The notes: generated by a model not told the origin, from the letters alone. DNA of 64,000 nt from Candidatus Bathyarchaeota archaeon (GCA_963720565.1 CAVRFW010000009.1:416001-480000), one strand, 5' to 3'. Positions 31,809-41,954 are shown, counted from the first letter of the stretch. Numbers and translations: made by a program.

Positions 31809-33195
31809 TTATGAGAGTTTGATGTGCATGGCTCTCAGCGCGTAGGCTGCCGAGGTCTTTACGGCTGAGATACCGTATGTCCCGCCTCTACGCATCATCT
31901 TTATAACATATCCTGGACGCAGGTAGAATTCTTGATATGCCTTGTAGCGGATTTCCGCCAGTCTCTTCATACTCAGCCAGGGCGTTTCGAAAGTCGGTCC
32001 GGCAGTGTCGTACTTATCGAAATCCGTGACTCTGAGCCAACCGTTCTTCTTGACTTGCTCGTACATCGGAGTTCCAGGGTATGGCGTTGCAACGTAGAAG
32101 CCGACGTCGTCAGGGTTTAGTTCTTTGACAAAGTCGATTGTTTCTCGTGCTGTTTGTTCGGTTTCTCCTGGAAAACCCAGTACCGTGTTTGCTATCGTCA
32201 TTAATCCGACTTCGTGTGCAGTCTTGTATGCCTAACCGTGTTTGATTCAGTTTTATGCTTTTGTTCATGGCACCTAGAATGGTTTCTGAGCCTGATTCCA
32301 CTCCCAGCCAAACGGCTATGCAGCCGGCGTCGCGCATGGTTTTGAGGAGTTCGCGGTCAACCATGTCTACGCGCGTGCCGCAATCCCAGGTTATTTCGAG
32401 TTTTCTTGTGTGCAGTTCTTCGCAGATTTTCAAGACGCGGTCGCGGTTCACTGTGAAGGCGTCATCGTAGAATGTGACCTGACTTATGCCATACTTGTTG
32501 TGGACCATTTCCATTTCGTCGACGACGTTTTTGGGGCTGCGCATGCGGTATCCTCTACCGAACATACGGACAGTACTGCAGAAGTCACACCAGTATACGC
32601 AACCTCGACTTGTGATTAGGGGAAACAATACCTTGCCCATTCGTTTCAACGTTTCAAGTGGCAGAAGGTGATGGGCGGGAAATGGCAAAGAATCTAAGTC
32701 TTCTAGGAAGGGTCTGTCTGGGTTTCTCGTGATTTTGCCTTCTCTGCTTCGAAACGTGATTCCTAAGACATTGCTGAAGCTGGTTTTTGATTGGAGTTTG
32801 TCGAGGAGTTCGATGAAGGTCGCTTCGCCTTCTCTGCGTACAACAATATCCAAACTTGGGTACTCGCCAAGGGCGTTTTCGTCCCAGAAGGAACCGTGTG
32901 ATCCACCAAGCATCGTGACGGCTTGGGGATGGACCTGTTTAGCTATAGCGACTAGCTGCATGGCTGATTTGTAAAGAAGAGTTGTGGCTGTGACTCCGAC
33001 TACGTCTGAGGGGGTTTGTTCAATGCGGCTGCGGAAGGCTTCATAGCTGAGTTTTTCTGCTTGGCAGTCGATGACCGTGACTTCGTGGCCTTCTCTTTCT
33101 GCAACCGCACCCAAATAAGCAATGCCGAGAGGAATGAATGGTGGATGAGAATGTACGCTCGGTGGATAAGGAGGATTAACTAAGGTAATTTTCAT
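31809..33195 (-). CDS. B12-binding domain radical SAM protein (class B-like), frameshift near 32230
   Basis: PLGIAYL, REGE, SRGCVYWCDFC, GVESGS, GFPGET, TPYPGT. Confidence 0.92.
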
Positions 33196-33354
33196 GCTGA
33201 TGTATGCCCTTCTGCAGGGTCATTCTACACCTAAATGCAATATATTCATTTCTTGTTTCGGCGAGTAAAGTTCTCCGATTTGGAGTGATAACATGTTAAT
33301 AATTGCAATGGTGCATGTATTAAGGAAAAGAGCCTTGTTCTAGGAAAACTAAAA

Positions 33355-33526
33355 TGCCCAAGTTGAGTCTAAGCCCGAATGTCTTCAACTTAGTTCAGCC
33401 AGCTGTTAACCGGTCCATCAGAGGTCTGTCCCGTTTGATGTTATCGCCCTAAACTGACTTGAACGGTCGGTCAATGTTGCAACTGTTCTATGTTGAGGCA
33501 TTCCAGCCTGCTTCTCAACTTGGGCA
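33355..33526 (-). ncRNA. Candidate structured ncRNA (172 nt, rod with terminal branched head)
   Basis: Perfect 13-bp terminal inverted repeat TGCCCAAGTTGAG/CTCAACTTGGGCA, nested internal helices, TTTATTA 24 nt upstream on the minus strand, U-rich tail. Confidence 0.6.
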
Positions 33527-33782
33527 AACTATTACTGGTGACTTTTAACCTAATAAATTTGTTTTACAGGAAAAATTAAGGTTGAAAAACATTTTTGGAG
33601 GCTTTTCAGATAAATAAGTCAAGAAGTGCATGAACACAGAAGCTTGTGATCAACAAACAATGGTTACTATTTAAGGTAGCAAATGTTTCCTGCAACACAT
33701 TTACGATGGATTCGGGCTGTTTTGGGCTTATATATCCTGAAGCAATAGTCATATGGGCTGAAGGAAGTGCAATAATCCAGTC

Positions 33783-34496
33783 ATGATGAACGGAAGACTA
33801 AGGTTCGAGGCAGATTTGGCCACTTTGATGAATCTGCTCACTGTTGACATGAATGATGAGGGCAAAGGCAAGCTCAATGAACTCAAAGACTGGCTTCTAA
33901 AACTCCAAAAAGAGAATGTAGTAAAAATCAACCATTCAGTAATGGAACTCGTCTGTGCAAAATACCTCATCTTGAAAGGCTATGATGTTCAGTTGGAGTA
34001 CGTTCTAAATGATTTACTAACTTGTGACTTGTTCTCAATCAAAGGCTATGGAAATCTTATCGTAGAAATCGAGACGGGGTTCATACCACCAGAGAACGCG
34101 CTCAATCCCATAGCCTATACTTCGGCGCGCTTGGCCAGCAAAATAATTAGGTACAGTAGCTTCGCCGGAAAGTTCGCGGTTGGTGTTCCTCCCCATTATG
34201 TTTTGCCTTTCCCTAAAGCTCTGGCAAGGCTTCCAAGGAATAGAACGCAGGAGGACATTGAATTCGTCAAGAGACTGTGTGACATCTACTATCGCAACCC
34301 CCCAGTTACTGAGGACGAAATAAGGAACGCCCGCATTCACGAAGTCTACATCATAGATGTTGACCGCGGAAAGATTCAGGCAGTCGACCCGGGATCTTAC
34401 ATGAAAAGAGCTATCCAAAAAGAGTTCGTTTTCCCCTACCAAAGCGAGGCAACACGCAAGTCCAGAAAAACCGTTACATTGCTGGATTTTCAATAG
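33783..34496 (+). CDS. Conserved archaeal hypothetical protein, possible PD-(D/E)XK-like fold
   Basis: INHSVMEL, CDL...IVEIETGFIPP, SKIIRYS. Confidence 0.75.
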   Translation: MMNGRLRFEADLATLMNLLTVDMNDEGKGKLNELKDWLLKLQKENVVKINHSVMELVCAKYLILKGYDVQLEYVLNDLLTCDLFSIKGYGNLIVEIETGFIPPENALNPIAYTSARLASKIIRYSSFAGKFAVGVPPHYVLPFPKALARLPRNRTQEDIEFVKRLCDIYYRNPPVTEDEIRNARIHEVYIIDVDRGKIQAVDPGSYMKRAIQKEFVFPYQSEATRKSRKTVTLLDFQ

Positions 34497-34671
34497 TTGG
34501 CCGAATACGCTGATTGCGCCGTGGGAGCGCTGGCTTTCATAGCTATCAGCGCGCGCGAAAGACCCCAATATCTGCTACTTCGAGTAGCAAATTATTGTTT
34601 AGGTACCTGTCTTTGTTGCTGTGGCTAAACAGTCACACACGCTTATGTTCTGCTCAGCACTTCAATACCTT

Positions 34672-35091
34672 ATGATTAGTACTGATAGTTTAAGAATTAT
34701 GGCTCACATTATCCGCTTCTGCGAAACATCAAAAGACAAGGACAGAATCACGAACCGGCTAGGTTTGAATGATGTACAGGCAGAATCCTACTTAACCATC
34801 CTCACACGACAAAGGATGATTATGCAAAATAACGGAAAATATGTTACCACACTAACGGGACAAAGCTATCTAAATTCCCATGACAAACTTGGGAAAATCA
34901 GTTTCTATCCAGAGAGGACAAAACCAAATGCACGCGTTGTTAACAATGAAGAGGGGAAAACGAAAAATGACTTTCCATTCTTTGGTTCTTGGTTCCAAGT
35001 TCGAAAACAGCGAAGCGCAAACGTTACCCTTCAGAATGATGGTGTAGTCTCACAGTCACATACGTTTAACTCCGGCAAAGACTCTATGTAA
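34672..35091 (+). CDS. Winged-helix domain protein (archaeal HTH_45-like)
   Basis: Short N-terminal wHTH: IMAHII...GLN...YL...YVTTLTG. Confidence 0.6.
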   Translation: MISTDSLRIMAHIIRFCETSKDKDRITNRLGLNDVQAESYLTILTRQRMIMQNNGKYVTTLTGQSYLNSHDKLGKISFYPERTKPNARVVNNEEGKTKNDFPFFGSWFQVRKQRSANVTLQNDGVVSQSHTFNSGKDSM

Positions 35092-35133
35092 ACTGGCATA
35101 TATCATAGGCGCGAAAAGAAGGTTAAGAAAAAT

Positions 35134-35421
35134 ATGAGACCAAACGAGTTTATAGGTAAAGACGTGTTTGCGTTGGAAGAGAAAATCGGCAAGATCAAAG
35201 GGATGGAAGTAGATCCGGAACAGTGGAAAGTGACTCATCTTGAAATCGAATTGACCAAGGATGTGGCTGAATCGGTGCTTGGCGCTAAGAAAGGCGGAGT
35301 ACGAAACATGATTAATATTTTAGCCATAGAGAAGGGGACTGCCGCGTGGACAGACAAGGGGCTACAGGTAAAAGTTACAAAGGATCAGCTTCACATGTAC
35401 CTGAGGCCAGTAGTTAAGTAG
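35134..35421 (+). CDS. PRC-barrel domain protein
   Basis: FIGKDV...IGKIKGMEVDPEQWKVTHLEI. Confidence 0.8.
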   Translation: MRPNEFIGKDVFALEEKIGKIKGMEVDPEQWKVTHLEIELTKDVAESVLGAKKGGVRNMINILAIEKGTAAWTDKGLQVKVTKDQLHMYLRPVVK

Positions 35422-35434
35422 AGGGAAGTTGGTT

Positions 35435-35593
35435 ATGGATACGATTTTAGCGATTGTTGTTGTTCTCGTGTTGCTTTGGGCCGTGGGGTTCTTTGCTTTG
35501 CCCGGCATAGGCATGTTGGTTCATATACTGCTTGTGCTAGCTGTGATCATGTTAGTTGTTTGGCTTGTGACTGGCAAAAAGTTGTGGAAATAA
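35435..35593 (+). CDS. Small membrane protein, lmo0937-like (52 aa; below the ORF-track cutoff)
   Basis: MDTILAIVVVLVLLWAVGF...GMLVHILLVLAVI; SD GAGGG. Confidence 0.8.
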   Translation: MDTILAIVVVLVLLWAVGFFALPGIGMLVHILLVLAVIMLVVWLVTGKKLWK

Positions 35594-35698
35594 ACTACAC
35601 TCTCTTTTTTTTGTCAAGTTTTAGTTCGAAGGGAATATTCTCTATAACTTGTTTTTATCAGCGTTTTTATGCAAATGTGTGTTTAAGTGGTCCTGAGA

Positions 35699-36757
35699 AT
35701 GGCGCGAATATCCAATTATGTTGGTGAAGAAAGAAACACTGGCGGCTATCAAGAAACGCTATGGCTAGGGCTGAGAATCTATCGCGGACTATTCTTAAAC
35801 TTGTTTGGAAGAAAGACCCCCCTGTTTTGCGGACACAAATTAACATACAAATGCAATCTTCGATGCAAGATGTGCCCCTTCTGGCAAAGACCCAACGAAG
35901 ATTCTAGCATAGAGCAAGAAAAGAAAATTCTAAGGCAAATTTATGATTCAGGTGCTTGTGCAGTCGCGTTTGAAGGCGGAGAACCTCTTCTCAGAAAGGA
36001 TTTGGCTGAAATTCTTGCTTTTTCTAGGTCTCTGCCTTTGCACACAAGCCTCATCACTAATGGAACTCTCCTTGAATCCAGAATAGACGAGATAGCACAA
36101 TACATCAACGGCGCCCTCTATGTTTCGTTAGACGGCATGGAAAAAACTCATGACACGATCAGAGGCGTTAATGGTTGTTTTAGAAAAGCGGTAAGAGGCA
36201 TAACGGCATCCAGAGAGAAAGTCCCTGTGACAATCAACACTACGATAATGGCTGAGAACATCCATGAGATTGAAGATTTGGTGAAGTTGGCAAAGGAATT
36301 GGATGCAAGAATATCCTTGGCAGTGGCGTATGAGTACTGCAACGCCAAGGCGTCCGCGCCTGCCGGTCACGAAATCAAAGAGATAGCTGGAAAACTTGTC
36401 GAGATGAAGAAGAAGGGTTATCCTCTGGTGAATTCAATCAACTATTTCAAAGTCATTGCAAAAGAGAAAAACTGGACGTGTAAGCCTTGGGTATCGGTTA
36501 ACGTTGGTCCAGAGGGAACGTTAGTCCTGCCCTGTTATGTTCGGAATGAATATGCGACTAGCGTTTCTGTTTTTGAAACTAGCATCAAAACTGCGATCTC
36601 TGGGTTTGACTGGAATGAAACACTGAACTGTCAAAACTGCAGTCTCCATTGTTATGTGGAGCCTTCTATGGTGCTTTCAGGGAATATTCGGACTTTCCTG
36701 AATTGGGTCGTTCAAGTTAGTCAGCTAGACTTTCTAAGAGCGCGCTTTTTTGTCTGA
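35699..36757 (+). CDS. Radical SAM protein (PTO1314-like, SPASM/twitch)
   Basis: CNLRCKMC, FEGGEP, ITNG, SLDG, C-terminal C...PCY...CQNCSLHCYVEPS. Confidence 0.88.
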   Translation: MARISNYVGEERNTGGYQETLWLGLRIYRGLFLNLFGRKTPLFCGHKLTYKCNLRCKMCPFWQRPNEDSSIEQEKKILRQIYDSGACAVAFEGGEPLLRKDLAEILAFSRSLPLHTSLITNGTLLESRIDEIAQYINGALYVSLDGMEKTHDTIRGVNGCFRKAVRGITASREKVPVTINTTIMAENIHEIEDLVKLAKELDARISLAVAYEYCNAKASAPAGHEIKEIAGKLVEMKKKGYPLVNSINYFKVIAKEKNWTCKPWVSVNVGPEGTLVLPCYVRNEYATSVSVFETSIKTAISGFDWNETLNCQNCSLHCYVEPSMVLSGNIRTFLNWVVQVSQLDFLRARFFV

Positions 36758-37132
36758 GCGTTTAAGCAGCGCACGCTACCAAAAGATTGAAATCTTGAGA
36801 AGCCTTGAATTTGGGCGGACGATGAGAAAATCGAGGTACGATGAGGCTGGAGGCGGGGAAATAGTGCTGAAGGCTTGTGAAGTCTTTTTCCGCTATTGAG
36901 TCCACTTAACGATTAGTTTCTCAAGCATATGGGTAGGTAATTGAGATATGACGACGCTGCCAAGCGGATGCGCGCGTTGAGCCCACCTGCAGGTCTATGT
37001 CTTTCGTGTTTCCTGTTTTTTTGTCAGTTTCGCAAAAATTTTCTTCAAATACATTGCTGTAATTTCTCAAAACGTCACGTGTAGACTGTGGAAATCTGTA
37101 AATAGAGGGAGGATATTTGAGAGCTGTCTCTT

Positions 37133-37354
37133 TTATCGTGAGTCTTTGTTTCTTGACATGTAAGCCCAGGCGCTAATCAGCACGAGCGTTAGTGTTGCTC
37201 CTGCGAGTCCGGATACGATCCATTTGATGTTTACGAGAGCTGGCAAAACAACCATAAGCCACGGAATTATGTAGTCTGCTGTTACCTGTGCGATTACGCC
37301 TGCCATAAATCCTAAGACAGCTACTACAGCGAATATTTTTAATCTATCACCCAT
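37133..37354 (-). CDS. Small two-TM membrane protein divergent from the cdv operon
   Basis: 73 aa with two hydrophobic helices; SD AGGTGA upstream. Confidence 0.75.
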   Translation of the reverse strand: MGDRLKIFAVVAVLGFMAGVIAQVTADYIIPWLMVVLPALVNIKWIVSGLAGATLTLVLISAWAYMSRNKDSR

Positions 37355-37581
37355 TCATTTCACCTTTTTGTTTTAGCATTGGGTTAAGCTTCTTTTTAGT
37401 CTAACTTACACTTTTTTGTCTATTATCTTAAGATCGACCACCTTGTCTTTTAATTTTCCAATTAAAGCCAATTTCGAGTTTTTCAGGCGTGTATAGCTCT
37501 ACGTATATACGTGCATATTTCCGACATATTAACAACGTATAAGATTGTTCTCCGCAGTCTTTCTCGTACGGAGGATTTAAT

Positions 37582-38245
37582 TTGTCAGAAAGATTCGCGA
37601 AAAAATGGGAAACTAAGAAGAGAGGACCAAGCTTTCACTGACCGCATCAAGGATGCTGTGAAACCGCCGGGACCACTGAAGCCACGCCTCGACTTCGCTG
37701 TCAGACGCATAGAACTTCAGGTGCAGAAGCTCGACCAGGCCACAGACAGGTTCACGCAACGCGACAAGGCAATATTTGCAAGAATCGTTGACGCCTATAC
37801 AAAGCACGACAGCGCCCGCGCAAATGTTTTCGCCAACGAACTATCAGAAGTTCGCAAGATGGAACGCCTAATCATAAACGCCAGACTTGCCCTCGAGCAA
37901 ATAGTGTTAAGGTTACGAACTGTCTCCGAACTAGGAGATGTTGTATCAACCCTCGGACCAGCTGTGGGAGTTCTTCGATCCGTAAGATCAGGGCTAACAA
38001 GCGTGTTCCCAGAAGCAGAGAGCGAACTAGGCGAAATCGGCAACATGCTAAGCGGAATAATGCTAGAAGCAGGCCAAGGCTCAGGAATGACGCTGAACTT
38101 TGACACAGTAAACGAAGACGCAGCAAAGATTCTCAACGAAGCAGCAACAGTAGCTGAACAGAAGATAAAAGACAAATTCCCAGAATTGCCCCCAGGCATG
38201 CCTGCGGCAACTGCGGAAACAGAGAAAACAACGGAAAGCTTCTAA
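37582..38245 (+). CDS. ESCRT-III/Snf7 (CdvB1/B2-like), frameshift near 37615
   Basis: TTG start after GGAGG (MSERFAKKWE); ANELSEVRK, ALEQIVLRLRT; C-terminal FPELPP (MIM2-like). Confidence 0.88.
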
Positions 38246-38260
38246 ACTGGAGGATGAAAA

Positions 38261-38977
38261 ATGTCATCAAACTCCAATCTTTTTCTTTCGATAGGAAAAC
38301 CAATAAAAGACGAGTACGGTCGAATAATAGGCAAAGTTGCCTCTTTTGCATTGACACCCAATGGAAAATTTGACGCTGCTTTCATCGAATTTAACGACGG
38401 ACAATTTTCGAAACAATCCTTGGACCACTTCAAATTTAATGGTACCGAAGTAACGTACATCTCGAAGATCAAATCTGAAGCGAACGTTCTCTGCGACCAG
38501 ATACCACTAATTTGGCGCAAAGACCAAGCCCTCAGAGATCTCGCAGAAAAGAAGAAAATTTCGCCAGACATCTACCAGGAACTCCACAACAGCTTCGAAG
38601 GCGTATCAAATCAACTAAAGAAAGATGCACAAGTACTCATGGATGAACTTGCCGTCGAAATCGCACGATGCGACGAAGCAATGAAATCTCTAAGCTACGC
38701 AATCGTCAATCTTGAACTAGAACACGAAATCGGACAGATCAACGAAGAAAACTACAAATCAGCTTTTGCGATGATACAAGAAAACCTCAAACGAATTAAC
38801 GCGGAAAAAAGCGACAACGAACAAGCCAAGAGTAAACTATCCAGCGTGTTGCTAGGCGATTCCTCAAAGCTTGACCTAAAACCCAAAACACCCCTTTTAA
38901 ACCCAAACCAAACATCTGAACTGCCAGAGCCACCAGTAGTAGTCTACGTGAAAGAAGTCGGAAAAGCTGGAATTTAG
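38261..38977 (+). CDS. cdvA: CdvA-like cell division protein
   Basis: N-terminal PRC barrel (IGKPIKDEYGRIIG), coiled coil, IGQINEENY, C-terminal ELPEPPVVVYVK strand. Confidence 0.85.
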   Translation: MSSNSNLFLSIGKPIKDEYGRIIGKVASFALTPNGKFDAAFIEFNDGQFSKQSLDHFKFNGTEVTYISKIKSEANVLCDQIPLIWRKDQALRDLAEKKKISPDIYQELHNSFEGVSNQLKKDAQVLMDELAVEIARCDEAMKSLSYAIVNLELEHEIGQINEENYKSAFAMIQENLKRINAEKSDNEQAKSKLSSVLLGDSSKLDLKPKTPLLNPNQTSELPEPPVVVYVKEVGKAGI

Positions 38978-39013
38978 CCTCATTAGGCGAAGCTGTGGGC
39001 GGAGGGAACAAAG

Positions 39014-39907
39014 ATAAGGCTAACAAACTCACCCCCTCCCCCGATACGTGATGTTGCAGCGAAATCCATTTACACACTGAGAACCCAGCAGAACAAGCTC
39101 GAACAAGCAAGCTATAGACTTAGAGAAAGAGACCGGATTCTTTTTGAAAGTTGCATGGGTGCTCTCAAGAAGAACAACAAAGAGCGCGCAGCAATGTGCG
39201 CCAACGAAATCGCTGAAGTGCGTAAACTCATAAAATTTCTCTACAATGTACAATTAGCAATAGAACGTGTAGTTCTGAGACTAGAGACAATAAAGGAACT
39301 CAGCGACATCGTTATCGACCTAAAACCTGCTCTGAAGCTTCTCCAAAACGTTTCGCAAGAACTATTCCAAGTCCTGCCCGATGTCTCGACAGAACTAAAC
39401 ACTGTAAATGAAGTAATACACGATACCCTCTATGCAACAAAAATCAACGCAGATGAATCCCTCATACCTGTTGGCAGAAAAACGGAAGCCGGTGAAGAAA
39501 TCCTAAAGGAAGTCACCACTTTCATAGAACAAAAACTAACAGAAACTCTGCCTGAACCACCCACAGCAAGTGTTCAATCGGAGAAAGCGAACCCAGTAAA
39601 ACAGCTTGTCGCCCTAACCGCCAGCTGCTCCCAAACAATCGGAAGCAAAAACATAGATGAAATAGGCATCGACTCCTCAACAACCCTTTTTTCATATAAA
39701 AAATCCGAGATTAAGGAAATCTCGTTGAAAGTTGAGAAGCCATCACTAGAAGATGTGCTCCTCGAATACGTCAGAAAGAGCAACGGCGAAATTGACTTAA
39801 GCCATTGTTCAGACGAGTTGCAGACCTCAAACGAAGAAATTGAAAAAGCCCTTGAAAGCTTAGGAAGTAAGGGCAAAATAAAAATCGAATTAAAATCTCC
39901 CGAATAA
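39014..39907 (+). CDS. cdvB: ESCRT-III CdvB with C-terminal winged helix, probable ATA start
   Basis: Snf7 core (ANEIAEVRK, AIERVVLRLET), LPEPP, C-terminal wH (LLEYVRKSNGEID...KGKIKI); the frame is open upstream to ATA at 39014 after GGAGGG. Confidence 0.85.
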   Translation: MRLTNSPPPPIRDVAAKSIYTLRTQQNKLEQASYRLRERDRILFESCMGALKKNNKERAAMCANEIAEVRKLIKFLYNVQLAIERVVLRLETIKELSDIVIDLKPALKLLQNVSQELFQVLPDVSTELNTVNEVIHDTLYATKINADESLIPVGRKTEAGEEILKEVTTFIEQKLTETLPEPPTASVQSEKANPVKQLVALTASCSQTIGSKNIDEIGIDSSTTLFSYKKSEIKEISLKVEKPSLEDVLLEYVRKSNGEIDLSHCSDELQTSNEEIEKALESLGSKGKIKIELKSPE

Positions 39908-39922
39908 ATGGTGCAATAATTA

Positions 39923-41089
39923 ATGAGTGCTTCACAAGAACTTGAAAAAGCCGCAACGGCTTACGCTTTGGATGCCGTTCGGTTGGACAAACAAGGCGCA
40001 AGAGGCAGAGCTATAACTCTGTATCAGAAGGCAATCGAGAGTCTTTTACAACTTGTCCAACTCTATCCAGAATATGGTCTGAATAAAGTCTATGTTCAAA
40101 GAGCAATTGCCTACCAAGAGCGAATAAAAGTTCTGCAAGGCTCCGTTTCTGCTCACGAAATGCAGATGGAATCAAACAACGGCGGAGAAGGCGGAGAAAC
40201 AGCCGCCGGAACTGGAAAACCGCCTACCGAACTTGTTGTGACGGAAAAGCCCAAAGTCAACTGGGAAGAAGTAGTCGGCTTGGATATGGCAAAGAAAGCC
40301 GTAAAAGAAGCCATTGTCTACCCCGTTCAAAGACCCGACCTGTTTCCGTTGGGCTGGCCAAGAGGCATCTTGCTTTTTGGTCCACCAGGCTGCGGAAAAA
40401 CGTTGCTGGCAGCCGCGGTCGCCACAGAAATAGACGCCAACTTCTATTCCATTGACGCCGCATCAATCATGTCCAAATGGCTCGGCGAGGCTGAACAGAA
40501 TGTCGCCAAACTTTTCGGTTCCGCCAGGAAGTCCTCGATCGAAGGCAAAGCAGCAATTGTGTTCGTCGACGAGCTAGATTCTCTGATGGGGCAGCATTCG
40601 AACGAGGTAGGAGGCGAAATTCGCGTCCGCAACCAATTCCTCAAAGAAATGGATGGCATCGTAGACAAGGGCAAAAACCTTCATGTGTACGTCATCGGCG
40701 CCACAAACAAACCGTGGGATCTGGATTGGGCTTTCATACGCAGATTCCAAAAAAGAATCCTGGTTCCACTGCCTGACCATCACACGCGTCTAATGATGCT
40801 CAAGCTATACACTAGCAACCTACAGATCGATAACAATGTGGACCTGCATGAACTGGCGCGACTTTCTGAAGGCTTCTCAGGAAGCGACATAAGAGACGTT
40901 TGCCAGTCAGCTCAGCTCAAACTAATTGGCGAATTCTTCGAATCAGGCAAAGCCATGGATAAAGAGGCAAAACCACGGTTACTAACCATGACAGATTTCA
41001 GACAAATCTTTGAAGACCGCAAGCCAAGCGTGTCACTGGACATGTTGTCTTCGTACACCAGATGGTTTGAGGCTTTCAAAGCGCTGTAA
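39923..41089 (+). CDS. cdvC: Vps4-like AAA+ ATPase with MIT domain (CdvC)
   Basis: MIT domain; GPPGCGKT, SKWLGEAE, VDELD, ATNKPW, RRFQKRI, SGSDI, FKAL end. Confidence 0.95.
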   Translation: MSASQELEKAATAYALDAVRLDKQGARGRAITLYQKAIESLLQLVQLYPEYGLNKVYVQRAIAYQERIKVLQGSVSAHEMQMESNNGGEGGETAAGTGKPPTELVVTEKPKVNWEEVVGLDMAKKAVKEAIVYPVQRPDLFPLGWPRGILLFGPPGCGKTLLAAAVATEIDANFYSIDAASIMSKWLGEAEQNVAKLFGSARKSSIEGKAAIVFVDELDSLMGQHSNEVGGEIRVRNQFLKEMDGIVDKGKNLHVYVIGATNKPWDLDWAFIRRFQKRILVPLPDHHTRLMMLKLYTSNLQIDNNVDLHELARLSEGFSGSDIRDVCQSAQLKLIGEFFESGKAMDKEAKPRLLTMTDFRQIFEDRKPSVSLDMLSSYTRWFEAFKAL

Positions 41090-41106
41090 AAAGGAGGGGA
41101 CAAAAA

Positions 41107-41231
41107 GAAACCTAAGTTTGGGTTGGGTGGAAAGGTTTGGAGAATTTTCCTTTTTGCACGCTCTCCCTTCTCCCCCCTCAATTAATCTCCAAGCCCCACA
41201 AACCTACAGAAACCAACCCAACTTGAGTTTC
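41107..41231. repeat. Long imperfect inverted repeat between convergent genes
   Basis: GAAACCTAAGTTTGGGTTGG (41107-41126) vs CCAACCCAACTTGAGTTTC (41213-41231); AGGTTTG/CAAACCT inside. Confidence 0.55.
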
Positions 41232-41292
41232 ATCTGTTTTGCCATTTCTGCAAAAGTTTCTCTAATATTATTAACAACAGTCGGTTAAGATT

Positions 41293-41766
41293 CTACGTTT
41301 TCATTTCTTCTCTGAAGATCTCTTCAAGCATCTTCTTGTTTATTCCGAGTTCCTCAGCCGAGCCCTTTACAAGCTTAACATACGTTCGGAAGAGGCTTTG
41401 AAGGATTTCGGCTTTCTCATGCTCTGATATTTCGCTTTCTTCCGCCAACAACAACGCAAACCATTTTCCAAGAATAGTTAGCTGGTAGGCTTTAACCCAG
41501 ATTATGCGTCCATCTTTCTCGTTCTTTTCCATCAGCTCGGTTAGGACGCCGAGTTTTGTGAGCGTTTTTAGGTTCTCAATAATCGTCTTATTTGAGTAAT
41601 TCAGCCGTCTAACAAGGTCTTTCTGGTAAATGTTCCTTGCAATGCCCTGTTTCAGGGCGAACCGCAGGACGTCTACACCTGCCTTAGAACCGAAAATCGC
41701 GCTGAGTATCTTATCCTTCTTTTCCGTTGGAAGAAAAACTACATAAGGATGTAACTTTTCACTCAA
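41293..41766 (-). CDS. Winged-helix DNA-binding protein (hypothetical)
   Basis: IYQKDLVRRLNYSNKTIIENLKTL HTH; TTG start after GAGGGG. Confidence 0.75.
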   Translation of the reverse strand: MSEKLHPYVVFLPTEKKDKILSAIFGSKAGVDVLRFALKQGIARNIYQKDLVRRLNYSNKTIIENLKTLTKLGVLTELMEKNEKDGRIIWVKAYQLTILGKWFALLLAEESEISEHEKAEILQSLFRTYVKLVKGSAEELGINKKMLEEIFREEMKT

Positions 41767-41954
41767 CGAAATCCCCTCTAAACAGCTCCCTGCTAAGCAT
41801 TTAAGACTTCCGCAGAAAATCTCCAAGCAGTCTGCTGGGAATTCCCATCAAGGGTTTTTCTTCGACCCAAGTTTTCCACACAAAACCAGAGAAAATTGCA
41901 CGGTGCTAACCTGTGCAAGACCCAGATGTTTTTTGAGGCTTCTATTTTAACCCG

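Noticed and set aside
33355..33526. SRP RNA, or an IS/MITE
   Set aside because: No helix-8 GNRA/AGCAG arrangement or Alu domain, and too short for archaeal SRP; no exact TSD and no transposase in the window (a MITE is not fully excluded)
37511..37581. ORF-track N-terminus of the first ESCRT-III gene
   Set aside because: Artefact of a frameshift; a better start is TTG 37582 after GGAGG
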